Translations under genes and position numbers: made by a program
Shown here: piece after piece, positions 13,701 through 25,587 of the stretch
Numbering within the stretch: position 1 is the stretch's first letter
How the letters are laid out: each line of letters begins with the position of its first letter
DNA from: Antedon mediterranea
Lineage: Eukaryota; Animalia; Echinodermata
NCBI RefSeq assembly: GCF_964355755.1
Contig: NC_092675.1
Span: forward strand, 11,403,812-11,467,811
DNA: 64,000 nt
Direction of reading: 5' to 3'
The notes under the pieces: generated by a model
Databases searched by the model: none
What the model was told of the DNA's origin: nothing
Seen by the model: the letters and a program-made list of their open reading frames with translations, nothing else

Positions 13701-16630
13701 TTTTGAATGACGTCAGAGTTGCGCAACGTGACTTACGCGCGATTTTATGATTTTTTATGATTGACCATAGATTAAAAACCAAACGTAATTTTGTTTTGAC
13801 ACTTTGTGAAAATTTAAGTCATATCAAGTGCAAATTTTCTATGGATTAAAAATGGCATGTTATACAAGAAGTTACGCGCGCACGCGCATTTAAAATTTCA
13901 AAATGCGCAAAATTAATTTCTAATCAACTTTCTACGCTGATCATGACATTTTGAGCATGTCAAAAATTCCCACGCGCGCGAAAAAATTTACGCGTAAGGG
14001 GCGCACGGAGTATGAAAACCATGTTTTTTTTCTTGAATTTTGAGTGTCCAGCCTTTCGTAGTCATTTTAAACAAGATTGACATCATTTCAAGTTAAAATG
14101 ACGTCATACGTACACGTTGATTTAGACCATTTGCATGCGTTTTAGTTGCAAAAGTGACAAAATATTGTCAAAATTATGCCTATTTTGAATCTATTATAGC
14201 TCGTCAGGATCAAAGGTGACCCCAATTTGTTTTAACTTATTATGCAAGAAGATAAATTGTAGATATAAATTCATGCAGAATTTTTACCTCTCGGAAGTTA
14301 TGACGTCATCGTATGGCCACACGAATGTAAAATATAGGATTTTTGTATCTTTCGTCATAGCGCATCTCATTTAATAGAGCGCCTCTCCACTTATACGTAT
14401 TCCATTTTAACCCAGATTTTGACATTTTCTAGGTCAATCAACTATTTTACACATGAGTAAAATTTTTTTTAATTTTTATGACGTCATCATGTCTAAAAAT
14501 GTAAATAACGTGGGTCACTTATATTTATCTTTACAGTAAATTTTAATCTGTTATAGCTCATCAGAATAAAATGTTATAATCACGATTAAAACGTTTTCTG
14601 GAAGCTATTGGATTGTAGATACGAATTCATGTAAACATTTTGCCAATCGGATGTTGTGACGTCATCATATGGCCAGTTGAATAAAAAAAGACGTATTTTC
14701 ATATTTTGCGTAATAGTTCATCACATTTAAAAGGGTACGCATCTATATTTTACGTATTCAAATTTCTTCTACACGTTAATATGTTGTTCCTGAGATAATT
14801 TCCTTCTGAAATTGCTATCCAAGTGTTTCATTTTGATACCGTCGCCATGTTAAAAATTGGAATAAATGGCGGGTCCCGTAATTTCACCTATTCTACACTG
14901 TATGTAATATGTATACAGATTATACTGTTTGCATGTATATACTATATGACACAAAATTGACAGAATTCAGCACTAACAGCATATCATATTCTTCAGTTCT
15001 TGTCATAATGCCATAATCTTTATCTGTGTGCAATATTCCAACGTATGACGTGCACGTGGCGTTTGTCGTGGTGCGGATAACTAACTCGTCAATGTGACGA
15101 GTTTCATGTCTAGTTCTTCTTTCCATCCTTCCTTTTTGTGGATCGCGTTTCTCTAAAATGTGTAAACATAACATTTCATAACTTTGACAACATATGGGCA
15201 TTTATGTGAAGTTGTGCACCTCCTATTTTTGAATGACGTAATAGTTGCGCAACGTAACTTACGCGCAATTTTATGAATTTCAATGATTGATCATAGATTA
15301 AAAACTAAAAGTCATTTAGTATTGACACTTTGACAAAATTTAAGTCATATCAGGGGCAAACTTTCTACGGATTAAAAATGGCATGTTTCACTAGAAGTTA
15401 CGCGCGCACGCGCATTTAAAATTTCAAAATGCGCAAAATTAATTTCTAATCAACTTTTTATGCGTTTCTTGTTATTTTGAGCATGTCAAAAATTCCCACG
15501 GGCGCGCAATTTTTTACGCATGCGGTGCGCACGTAGCGTTAAAAACATATTTTTTTCCCTTGAATCATATTTTTCAAGCCTTTCCTAGTAATTTTGAAAA
15601 CAATTTAGACCTTTTCCAATTTAAATAACGCCATACGAACACGTTGAATTAAACATTTCATGCGCGTTTTTTATGAAAAAGCTTAAAAAATCGTCAAAAT
15701 TATGTCTTTTTTTAAACAGTCATAGTTTCTGAAGTTAACCGTGAACCGTTTATTTTTATTACAAAATCTAGAAGTTGATGAGTTGTAGATATCGGATCAT
15801 GCATCGATAAGGCTAAAAAAACATTGTGACGTCATCGTATGGCCACACGAATGTAAAATATAGGATTTTTGTCTCTTTCATTATTGCTCATCACATTCAA
15901 TGGAGCGCATCACGCTTATCTGTATTCCTTTTTCTCCTACATTTATATATTGTGTAGGTCAATCAACTTTCTTTAGCATGAGATAAAAATATTTTAATTT
16001 TTATGACGTCATCATGCCAAAAAATTTTAATTACGTGGGTCATTAATTTCATCTTTACAGTAAATTTTAATCTGTAATAGCTCGTAAGAATAAAATGTGA
16101 TAATCACGATTAAAACGTTTTATGGAAGCTATTGGATTGTAGATACGAATTCATGTAAACATTTTGCCAATCGGATGTTGTGACGTCATCATATGGCCAG
16201 TTGAATAAAAAAAGTCGTATTTTCATATTTTGCGTAATAGTTCATCACATTTAAAAGGGTGCGCATCTATATTTTACGTATTCAAATTTCTTCTACACGT
16301 TAATATGTTGTTCCTGAGATAATTTCCTTCTGAAATTGCTATCTAAGTGTTTCATTTTGATACCGTCGCCATGTTAAAAATTGGAATAAATGGCGGGTCC
16401 CGTAATTTCACCTATTCTACACTGTATGTAATATGTATACAGATTATACTGTTTGCATGTATATACTATATGACACAAAATTGACAGAATTCAGCACTAA
16501 CAGCATATCATATTCTTCAGTTCTTGTCATAATGCCATAATCTTTATCTGTGTGCAATATTCCAACGTAAGACGTGCACGTGGCGTTTGTCGTGGTGCGG
16601 ATAACTAACTCGTCAAAGTGACGAGTTTCA
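5902..16630 (+). mobile_element. Cluster of 7 nested Helentron-associated non-autonomous elements (HINE/DINE-1-like architecture)
   Basis: 5' heads (TTAGTTATCCGC-loop-GCGGATAAC) at 5902, 5976, 6031, 6083, 7658, 7712 and 7795. 3' tails (GCGGATAACTAA subTIR + CTCGTCA-NNN-TGACGAG stem-loop + CTAG) end at 7653, 9383, 10524, 12055, 13580, 15113 and about 16630 (the last lacks CTAG). Junctions lie in TT runs with no TSD. Confidence 0.85.
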
Positions 16631-17669
16631 TTATGTATTTCATTTACTTTTACAGGTGAGGAGGAGAGGATGTGCTTTTTAAAATTACTGTTATTGTAAA
16701 AATATGATTGTTTATAATTATACTTATTAAATGTTAACATTGTTTAAATGTAATCATTAATATAATAAATGTCAATGGTCGGATAATTCTATGTGGTAGG
16801 AGATGAGACGAGTAAACCTTCCTGCGCGCATGTTGTTCTTCAGCACATGATTTTGTTGTTGACTGACACGTCAGGGATTCTCCTTAAAATAAAACTTAGC
16901 ATTTTACGAACTACTGTAAACATCAACGCGGGTAAGAGTTTCCTGCCAAAAGTGGAAACAGTTTGAATTTATGATATTTTTAATTAGGTTCTCTGTCATA
17001 TCAGTAAAATAAAAAACAAATAAAAAAAAGTCCGTGTCTAATACTATAGATAATGGTAATGTCATTTGTAATTAACATCTGTTTAATTTCTGCATGTACA
17101 CTTTTGTGGGTAAATCACCCACCTTTTTATTATTCTTAAATCCATTGTAGATTCATCTTTCCTCAATCAACATATTTTATAATAGGCCTACCCTAAAACT
17201 TGCATTGTAGGCATAGAAAGAACGTCTATACTATATTACTAAATAAACTATTTTAACTATTAATTTCTGATTTATTTTCATTATATACATTGAACGTTAA
17301 CAATTTCAGGATGTTTACATTATAATAATAATACTGTTATTGTTAATGCATTGGCCTAGCTAGGCTACTTATCAACCTGAGAGATTTGAAATGCGTGACA
17401 GACTCTCCGCCATTTTGGTTATTTCGGCTTACCCACCGGCTCAACAACAAAAATTCAGGGCATATCGGGGTTTTCCCTTTATAATGCAAATGTCACTGTC
17501 AGTGTGGCATCACACTTCACACAAGATTTTACATTACATCACGATACATTAATCCCGAAACTGTGGGCGTTTGGTACATTTACGAACACTATTTTGTTTT
17601 AAATATTAGCATTCCTCATTTTTTTGATTATGCAGCAGAATTACAACACCAACCAAGAGTAACAAAAAA

Positions 17670-17734
17670 ATGTCAAGCTCAACCAAGGCAAGATTTGAAG
17701 AACTTTTACAACAGGTAGCTACTGAACAGAATGA
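17670..17734 (+). CDS. AHI1: Jouberin (AHI1), first recognisable coding exon
   Basis: MSSSTKARFEELLQQVATEQN resembles the vertebrate AHI1 N-terminal TKVRFEELL as I recall it. GA|GTAAGT donor, phase 2. The frame is open back to CAG acceptors at 17635/17638, so the true start may lie upstream. Confidence 0.8.
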
Positions 17735-18177
17735 GTAAGTTTTAAAGATCGTGTTGTGCAGCCCGCAAAGGCTTTTTACCATGTTATTGTATGTATTATA
17801 ATGAAGGTTTGGAACTCAAGGAACATATACCGTATTGTTTTCCAGTTTAAAACTCTTATTCTAGGATAACCAATGTGATTTTTCAGTTATTTATGATTTG
17901 ACATATTTTGTATCAAAATTGAATTTGAAACAGGATCACAACAATCCTTTTTTCATTAGTCAAATACTAACCACAAGATAAACATTTAGGATTTGTGTGT
18001 TTCTATTTTTATTTTTGCCAAAACATTCACTGAATAAGTTCTACATTCATGATACTTGATAGAGGTAACCCATGACATTTATTTATGTAAAGTGAAATTT
18101 ATTATTCTGCATTCAAGATGACTTTTTCTGTAATTTGCATATTTGATATATGGATTAACTTTTGGAACTTTTTTAAG

Positions 18178-18238
18178 TGAAAAGAAAGCAAGCCCAAAAA
18201 AAAAAAAGAAAGCAAGAAGGCGAGCAGATGAGCAAATG
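18178..18238 (+). CDS. AHI1: Jouberin (AHI1) coding exon
   Basis: TTTTAAG| (D)EKKASPKKKKKARRRADEQM |GTAAGT. Phase 2 in and 0 out match both neighbouring exons. Confidence 0.8.
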
Positions 18239-18539
18239 GTAAGTATGTGTGTTTTTTTTATGGTAACATGATTCTATGTTGCTTCATTTGTTATCACAAA
18301 TCGTTCTTTGTTGTTGTGGTAGATTTCAAGACATCCTTCCTTTATTAGCCTGAGCCACTAATGAAAAAAAATAGTTTGTATATTTTGTACGGTTGTATAA
18401 ATGTTTCCTACTCAACTCAAATTGGACGGCAATTGTACTGGGAAGGTTTTAAACTACATTTGAAAACCAACCCAAGTGAGGAAAAATGCTGGAATTGCTA
18501 GGTAGGGTTTGAAAATGACTGCAATTGTACTTTGACTTA

Positions 18540-20020
18540 TTAGTTATCCGCAACTTGGCGGATAACTCCTTGTGATTGTATGAGATCATCTTCAACTGTT
18601 TTTTTCTGTATTATTCTTCTTTCTTTCCACCCTATGTGTGCATCGTGTTTCTCTAAAACGTGTAAACATAACATTTCGTAACTTTGTCAACATATCAACA
18701 TTTACGTAAAGTTGTGCACCTCCTATTTTTGAATAATGTTAGAGTTGCGCAACGTGAGTTGCACACGATTTTATGAATTTAAATGATTGATTTTAATCTG
18801 ATTTAATTTGGTAATTAAAAACCAAAAGTCATTTTGAATTGACACTTATTAATTAATTATAAATGGCATATTTCCTACAAAGTTACACACGCACGCGCAT
18901 TTAAAATTTTTAAATGTGTAACATTAATTTCTGATAAATTTTCTATACGTTAGGACATTTTGAGCATTTTGCATGCGCACAGCTCGTACATAGCATACTT
19001 TCTGTGACAGATTTAATTTATTTTTATGAATTTGAATTACAGAATAATGACGCATGTGCATGTTAGACTTTAAAAACTGTGCGCCTAAAAATTTCAAATT
19101 CAATGCAAATTTATGAAAAATATGCCTACTTTAAATCTATTATAGCGCTTCAGGAAGACCATTGACCCACCATTTTTTCAACTTATTTTGAAAGCTAATG
19201 AGTTGTAAGATATGAAAGTTGTCTGAAGTCATTATATGGCTACTCGAATGAAAAAAAAATGGATTTTTGTCCATTTCGTCATAGCTCATCGCCTTTAATA
19301 CAATGCATCTCGCTTATTAGTATTACATTATTTCCCCTAGTTTTTAATATTGTCTCTAGATTAATCATTTATTTTTCGCATGAGTTACAACTATTTTAAT
19401 TTGGATGATGTCATCATGTCAAAAAATTTTAATAGTGTGGGTCACTTATTTTCCTCTTTACAGTAAATTTCAATATGTTATAGCTTGTCAGAATAAAAAG
19501 TAATACTCCTGATTAAAATGTTTTCTGGAAGCTGTTTGAATGGTAGATACAAATTCATGTAAACATTTTGCCAATCGGATGTTGTGATGTCGTCATATGG
19601 CCATTTAAATAAAAAAGTTGGATTTTAATCTTTTGTGTCATAGTTCATCACATTTAAAAGAGCGCGCATCTTGATTCTATGTATCAGAATTTTTTCAACA
19701 TTTTAATATGTTTTTGTTAAAACAATTATCTTCCGAAACTGTTATCTTCATATTTAATTTTGATGGCGTTATCATGTTAAAAATTTGAATAAAAGGAGGG
19801 TCAAGTAATTTCAACTGCTCAATTTAATAATTACACTGTATGTAGATAACTGTATATACTATAATATAAGGCAAAAAAATAGCCAGAGTTTTGCACCAAC
19901 ATATTATTATCAGGTTATAAGTTCTGTAATCTTTTTCTGTTTGCATTTTCTAGCGTACATGCACATGGCGTTGTTGCTGTGCGGATAACTAACTTGTCAA
20001 AGTGACGAGATCAAATCTAG
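18540..20020 (+). mobile_element. Solo, more diverged HINE of the same family, in an AHI1 intron
   Basis: Head TTAGTTATCCGCAACTTGGCGGATAACTCC and tail GCGGATAACTAACTTGTCAAAGTGACGAGATCAAATCTAG|TT. The body is homologous to the upstream units. Confidence 0.88.
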
Positions 20021-20313
20021 TTCAAATTAGAACCAACAGAGACAAAAGACCTAACCAACACTCGTTATTTGGCTATGTAATTAAAAATGTGTTTTCAGTC
20101 CAATTTCTTTGTCATGGCCAAATTCGGTAATTCTACAATTCTTTGCCATATTCTCTATGTCACAATCAGGTTGTAGAGAGGTAATAATGAGTTCACTTAA
20201 ATTAAACTGCTAGTTGTTGTTATTAGTCCAACCAAATTCAGTCAGAAAATGGCTGATTTCTTGTATTTTAAAAAAAGATATTGAGTGAAATCTTGTCAAT
20301 GTTTTTTTATCAG

Positions 20314-20558
20314 TTAGAACGGCTAAAAGAAGGGGCTGACCTACAAAAAGAACAGGATGCATCATTACTTGCCAACACATACAATGCAGAAGACAGTCCC
20401 AGATTTCGAAAGAATGTCACGAATGAACGACGCCCCAAACTACCTGCAAAAAGTGGCAAAGTTAATAAAGGATTTGAAGGAGATGATGTGATTGAGGATG
20501 AAGAAAAGCAAAAAATACAGAGAAAGAATTCACCAAAGAAATTAAATGTGCAAGAAAA
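20314..20558 (+). CDS. AHI1: Jouberin (AHI1) coding exon
   Basis: TATCAG| LERLKEGADLQKEQD...KLNVQE |GTAAGT. Phase 0 in, 2 out; charged N-terminal region. Confidence 0.8.
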
Positions 20559-21719
20559 GTAAGTTCATTAACTGTCGGCCATCTTTATTTTATGTGAAAG
20601 TTATACCCTTTATGGTAGTCCACTTTGTACTATTTATATGTGGCACATGCAAGAGAAATCAGACGTAAGTCTTGATACCATGTCTACTTCATTACGTGTA
20701 CAGCTCCTCAGGAAGTCTACCCGAGCCATAAACATATACCAGGCTCGGGTATCACATGATTCACACCATCTAGCTATGTAAACAACATTGAACAAAAGTG
20801 TTTGTTCAATTAATTAGCGTTTAACTCCCAAATCACTGGAGCGTGCTATTTGGTACTTTGTGGGCTGTTGCTACAAACTGAAAGTCACGTGTACACATGA
20901 TTCATACTTTGATATTAATCTGCCTTCAAATACTACTATTTATTATATAATTTTCTTGGAAATTATCAAAAATAAATATTATATATAGTCAATAAGATTG
21001 TGTTAAACAAAGAAATTGTACTAAAATTAATATGAACTTATTTTTGTACTCAAACATTTATGCGTGATGAGGTCACCGGCACGGCGTGCACAGAGAGAGC
21101 AGGCCCGGGGAGCTAGCGAAGATCGCTGCACACACTACGCTCGAATAAACAACTCGCCAAAACGGAAAACCCCTATTTGGTATCGTCTGCCATAAACAAG
21201 CTTATTAAATTTCTTTGGAACATTTCTATCTAACGAACATTGTATACTTGCTTTTCTGATTGATAAATTCTTGTTCAATTGATGTTTAAAATAAGATATT
21301 CTACGATAGATGACATGAACTATAAGTTAAATTTTCTGACACTATACACATTGTGAGGCTTGTGTGGTGGTAAAAACCAATGTACCAAAAATGCTATATA
21401 CCGTTTCAGGGATGTCTATGATTAAATCACAGTACAGTATGTATTGCGATAATTATTAGTCTGGGAGCCCAAAAGGCTTTAATTAGCAATTTGAGTACAA
21501 AAGGTTTGAGGTGTGGAGTGTTTAGATTTAGGGACCCAGTAATGGCAATTCTTAAGTGACGGGTCCTGTTCAATTTTAAGGGGGAACCACCCAAATTACT
21601 CCTAAAATTGGATTTAATTAGCATATCGAGTACATGGACCAAACCAATTCTAAAATGTTCTCTTACCTATCACAGTATCAGGAATCAATATCCATAATTC
21701 CTGTGCTAAATTTACTTAA

Positions 21720-23044
21720 AGATGTATTGTTCCTTTGACTAATTAAAAAATAAATTTTTTTAAATATTTTTTTAATAGTTATTAACTTTCACCAAAAATT
21801 AGTTGAAAAAATAATAATTTAACGGGAATACGGACGTTTTTTTGTTCAAAAAATAACTTTGGCCCTGTTTCTGCTGCCAACTAAATACCGTATATTATAC
21901 GGTATTTTTTGAATACCGTATATATACGGTATATTTTTTGCAGCAGAAACTGCGCTCATAAAAAATATACCGTATTTTGTATACCGTATTTTCCCCACAA
22001 AATTTGTGGATAAAATACGGTATTTACAAATTTATACAGTATTTTTTGTACCCGTTTCTGCTGCCAATAAAAAATACCGTATTTTTTTTTTACATGACAA
22101 AAGGTCAACATTCGTATTTTTATTTTCTGTCGCTGTCAGCTGTTTTACACACGTGTATATATATATTCGGCGAAAATGTGGAGCGAAGACGTCACAGTTT
22201 TACTAAATAAATTTGTGTGGGGAAGCTAAAATGTCTGGCCAACTAAAAGGTAATAAAACCACATTTATAAAGACATTTCTAAAAAAATAAAGCAGGAGTA
22301 TGGAATAGACTTGTCTCCAAAGCAAGTAAACTCAAAGCTGAAGAGCCTGCGAAAGCAGTACAACATTGCAAAATACAATAACTCGGGGAGGGAACAAATT
22401 AATTGTCCCCATTACGATGTTTTCTGTGCTCTCACAACATCTCTATCACTAGGGCTAGGCTGTTGAAAGTGAGACGTAAAACTTCCTTTATTGCGACTTT
22501 TAATTATCGATCAAATAAATGAATGGCAATTTGGGTAAAAAAGGTGAAATTTAACACGACCACCCAAGAAGTATTGTTAGCAGAAACGGGGTACTAAAAA
22601 ATACGGTATAAAAAATACCGTATTTTATACCGTATTTTTATACCGTATTTTGAGCAGTTGCAGCAGAAACAGGCCCTTTGACTTCCATCCAGTCAAAGTT
22701 TTGCAATGCAACGCGCTTGTTTGGCTACTCTGTATGCATAATCATAAAACTTCCTCGCGATCTGTGTGAAAACACCTTCTCAACCGCGACGAGTTGTAAA
22801 CAATCCTAATTAGCATCATGCATAATGCATACTCGTGGTTTGAAATCTTTGTTTACTTTCGCTCGTGACGATTTTCCAGACGAAATGTAATCAAATTAAT
22901 TTACCTGTTAATTATGTAAACTTGTTGTTTTTGCTTCGAATTTTCGCCTTAAAGTGAATAACTTTAATATTACTTTGATATGGTCAATTTAAATTTAGAA
23001 TATTTTTTTTTTTCATTTTTTGTGTTTCAAGGGACAATACATCT
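21720..23044. mobile_element. Kolobok-like non-autonomous element (TTAA TSD)
   Basis: TTAA|AGATGTATTGTTCCT ... AGGGACAATACATCT|TTAA. The rejoined flanks (AAATTTACTTAA-GGACGCC) match the uninterrupted host repeat near 23710 (AATTAACTTAAGAACGCC). Confidence 0.8.
21861..22676. mobile_element. PIF/Harbinger deletion derivative with a Myb/SANT-like remnant
   Basis: TTT|GGCCCTGTTTCTGCTGC ... GCAGCAGAAACAGGCCC|TTT, with a 3-bp TSD and ATACCGTAT repeats. About 22296-22425 reads EYGIDLSPKQVNSKLKSLRKQYNIAKYNNSGREQINCPHYD. Confidence 0.75.
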
Positions 23045-24666
23045 TTAAGGACGCCTTTAATTAACGCTAATTAGACAGTTAATTAGCAATTTGAATACAT
23101 CAACAAAATTCACATCACATATACTTATGAACATACTGATATTCATCATTCTTAAAGGATAAGGACACCCTAATAATTTATATTATAAAAGTACCAACTT
23201 AATATTCAGAACAATTTATGTTTAAATCGGATTTGTAGTTTTCTAGTAAACAGGATTTTAAAGTTGTTTTCAAGACTTTTGAAAATCACCATCTTGTGCT
23301 CATTGCAACCTATTTGTGACGTCAAATACGGCCGATGAAAATTTTAAGATTCGCGGTTGCATTCGGCGCTTCTATTGGCTAAGCGATTCCGCTAATATGA
23401 TTGGCTAATAACGCGACATGCGGCCATGCAGGACGGCAATGACACGGTATGAGCATGCGCTGGCTTGGGCAAGCCAATTCCTAAATCTCTCAGCTATTGT
23501 TAATCTATTGTTACTTTTATTGCTAAAATAATCCTTTCTTTTGTATACTTTACTGTGTTTATTACAATAATGGTCTTTTGTACAGCGTTTGGCTGCACAA
23601 ATAAGACGGATTCTATGTAATAACATGTCTGGTGACGGTCAAAATAATTAAATTCAATTTTAAAATGTTCTCTGACCTATCAGGAATCAAGATCCATAAT
23701 TATGTGCTAAATTAACTTAAGAACGCCCTTAATTAGTGCTAATTAGACATTAATTAGCATTTTGAGTACATCAACAAAATTCACACAACACCTACTTATG
23801 AACAGACTGATCAGGGATTCATCATTCTTATGTTTGAAATCCGGAGCCAAAGCCACTTAAGAATTGGTCAAAACCGTATAAGAGTGGGTGGTCAAAGGTC
23901 AAAATAATCAAAAGTCAGATTTAATTCGTATATAAAGTAGCCTATAAATTAATATTTTGTATAAAGTACTTTCATCAGTCTTTTCCATTTGTAATATCTC
24001 CTTTTAAAAATAATTATTTAACTTTTTAATGTTGTGAACTTTGATGTTTGAAAGCTTTTACCAATTTTATATGTAAATCTCTCGCAAATTTAGTCTAAAT
24101 TTAGGCACTTGCAATACTGTAAGTAAAGTACACTAAACATTGAACTTTTGGACGTTTTAAATCTCCAGCTAAATTACAAAAGGGAAGTGCAATGGCCGTC
24201 AGAGGGTATCCTCAATATGGCAAATCCAGGTGTGGTTGCTTAACATTCAACCCATTCGATCCCTGCTACACTTCTTTTATTCTCTTGTTTTGCAATCAAA
24301 CAGTGGTGCTTTCCCTAATAATCTAAGAGACCCCTGTATCAGACTTAGTGGACTTGATGATGTTTCTATCCTCACTCTATCAGAAGGGTTATGGCAGCAG
24401 GGCTATTGTAGATCCTTGCCATGCTTGATATATATATCCATGCGGATTTAATGATTTATTCTTATTAGAAGTTATCTCTTGCCCAACAAATGTATTCCAG
24501 TTTTCCACAAGTTTGTCCAATACTTAGATCTACTAGACTGAAATACGACTGAAATAATTGATTTATTTATTAACGCTGGACACTGTACATTCTCTAGAAT
24601 GGGACTTTTCCACAAAGTGAGACTTTTGTAAAACCATCATTCATTCATTCATTAGTGGCACAATAA

Positions 24667-25587
24667 CGCCCGTATTCTTAAACCGGACTTTAGTCATAGT
24701 TCGAGCTAAAACTTTAAAAATGACGTCATTTTAATTCATAAACCGAACTTCAACTAAATCTTCGACTAATTCAGGCCAACCTCAACTAAATTGAGGACTA
24801 AATTTTTTAGTCCTGGAGGGGGCAGGCTAAATGGTCGACTAAATGGTTTTTAAACGATGTTTATGAAAAACGTAACAGTCATTGAGTTGTTATATTGGCC
24901 AGATATTGAAGAATGAAATATCAATTTTTATATTAGCTTAATTAAATATACATTGGTATAAGTTATAATAATGAAAATCATCTTTATTTACAACCGTATA
25001 CAAATTACATTATTTTCTTCGCGCAAGCCCGACTTGAACTACGTCACGCCATAGCGACAATGGCAGATGCAGAAATTCACCACGCGATGGAATGTTTAGG
25101 GGGCCTAGCGCTTTCTTGTCACGCTATGAAGTGCGTGGTTCGTCGCGATTATACTTTGTTGGGGGCCTAGAAAATATAAAAGTTACCGTACCGCCATGGT
25201 TCCTAAATATATTTTGAAGATTTTGTTTGTTGTAATCCAATACTTCACTGTTAAATTAATACTGATCTTGTTCTAATAATTAACGATTAAAATTATTTTT
25301 CATGTACTGTATATAGTCCTGATGTGTAAAAAGTTTTGTAAGAAAATGGAAAGTGATATCAATGCGCAAAATTTCGTCTGCTCCTCAAATACTCTCTTGT
25401 CATTGGCCAATGTATAGCCTCTGTTACCCAGACGTGTGCAACTCGACTAAAAGCTCGACTTCATTAAGTCGAACTGCAAACTTCGACTACTTCGTTTTTG
25501 AATCGAATTTGAAGTAATAGCTCGAACTACGACTTTTTCAAGTCAAACTTCGAACTACGACTAAAGTCCGGTTTAAGAATACGGGCG
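24667..25587. mobile_element. PIF/Harbinger-type MITE
   Basis: TAA|CGCCCGTATTCTTAAACCGGACTTTAGTC ... GACTAAAGTCCGGTTTAAGAATACGGGCG|TAA. Perfect TIR and a TAA TSD. Confidence 0.88.

Noticed and set aside
5902-16630. Simple satellite or rolling-circle head-to-tail concatemer
   Set aside because: Five of the seven bodies have no head directly in front of them, the heads are stacked separately, and diagnostic variants pair in nested order.
11835-16740. Repeated minus-strand ORFs (HETRHIDELVIRTT...) as a gene family
   Set aside because: They are read-throughs of the HINE 3' end, with variable starts and no recognisable domain.
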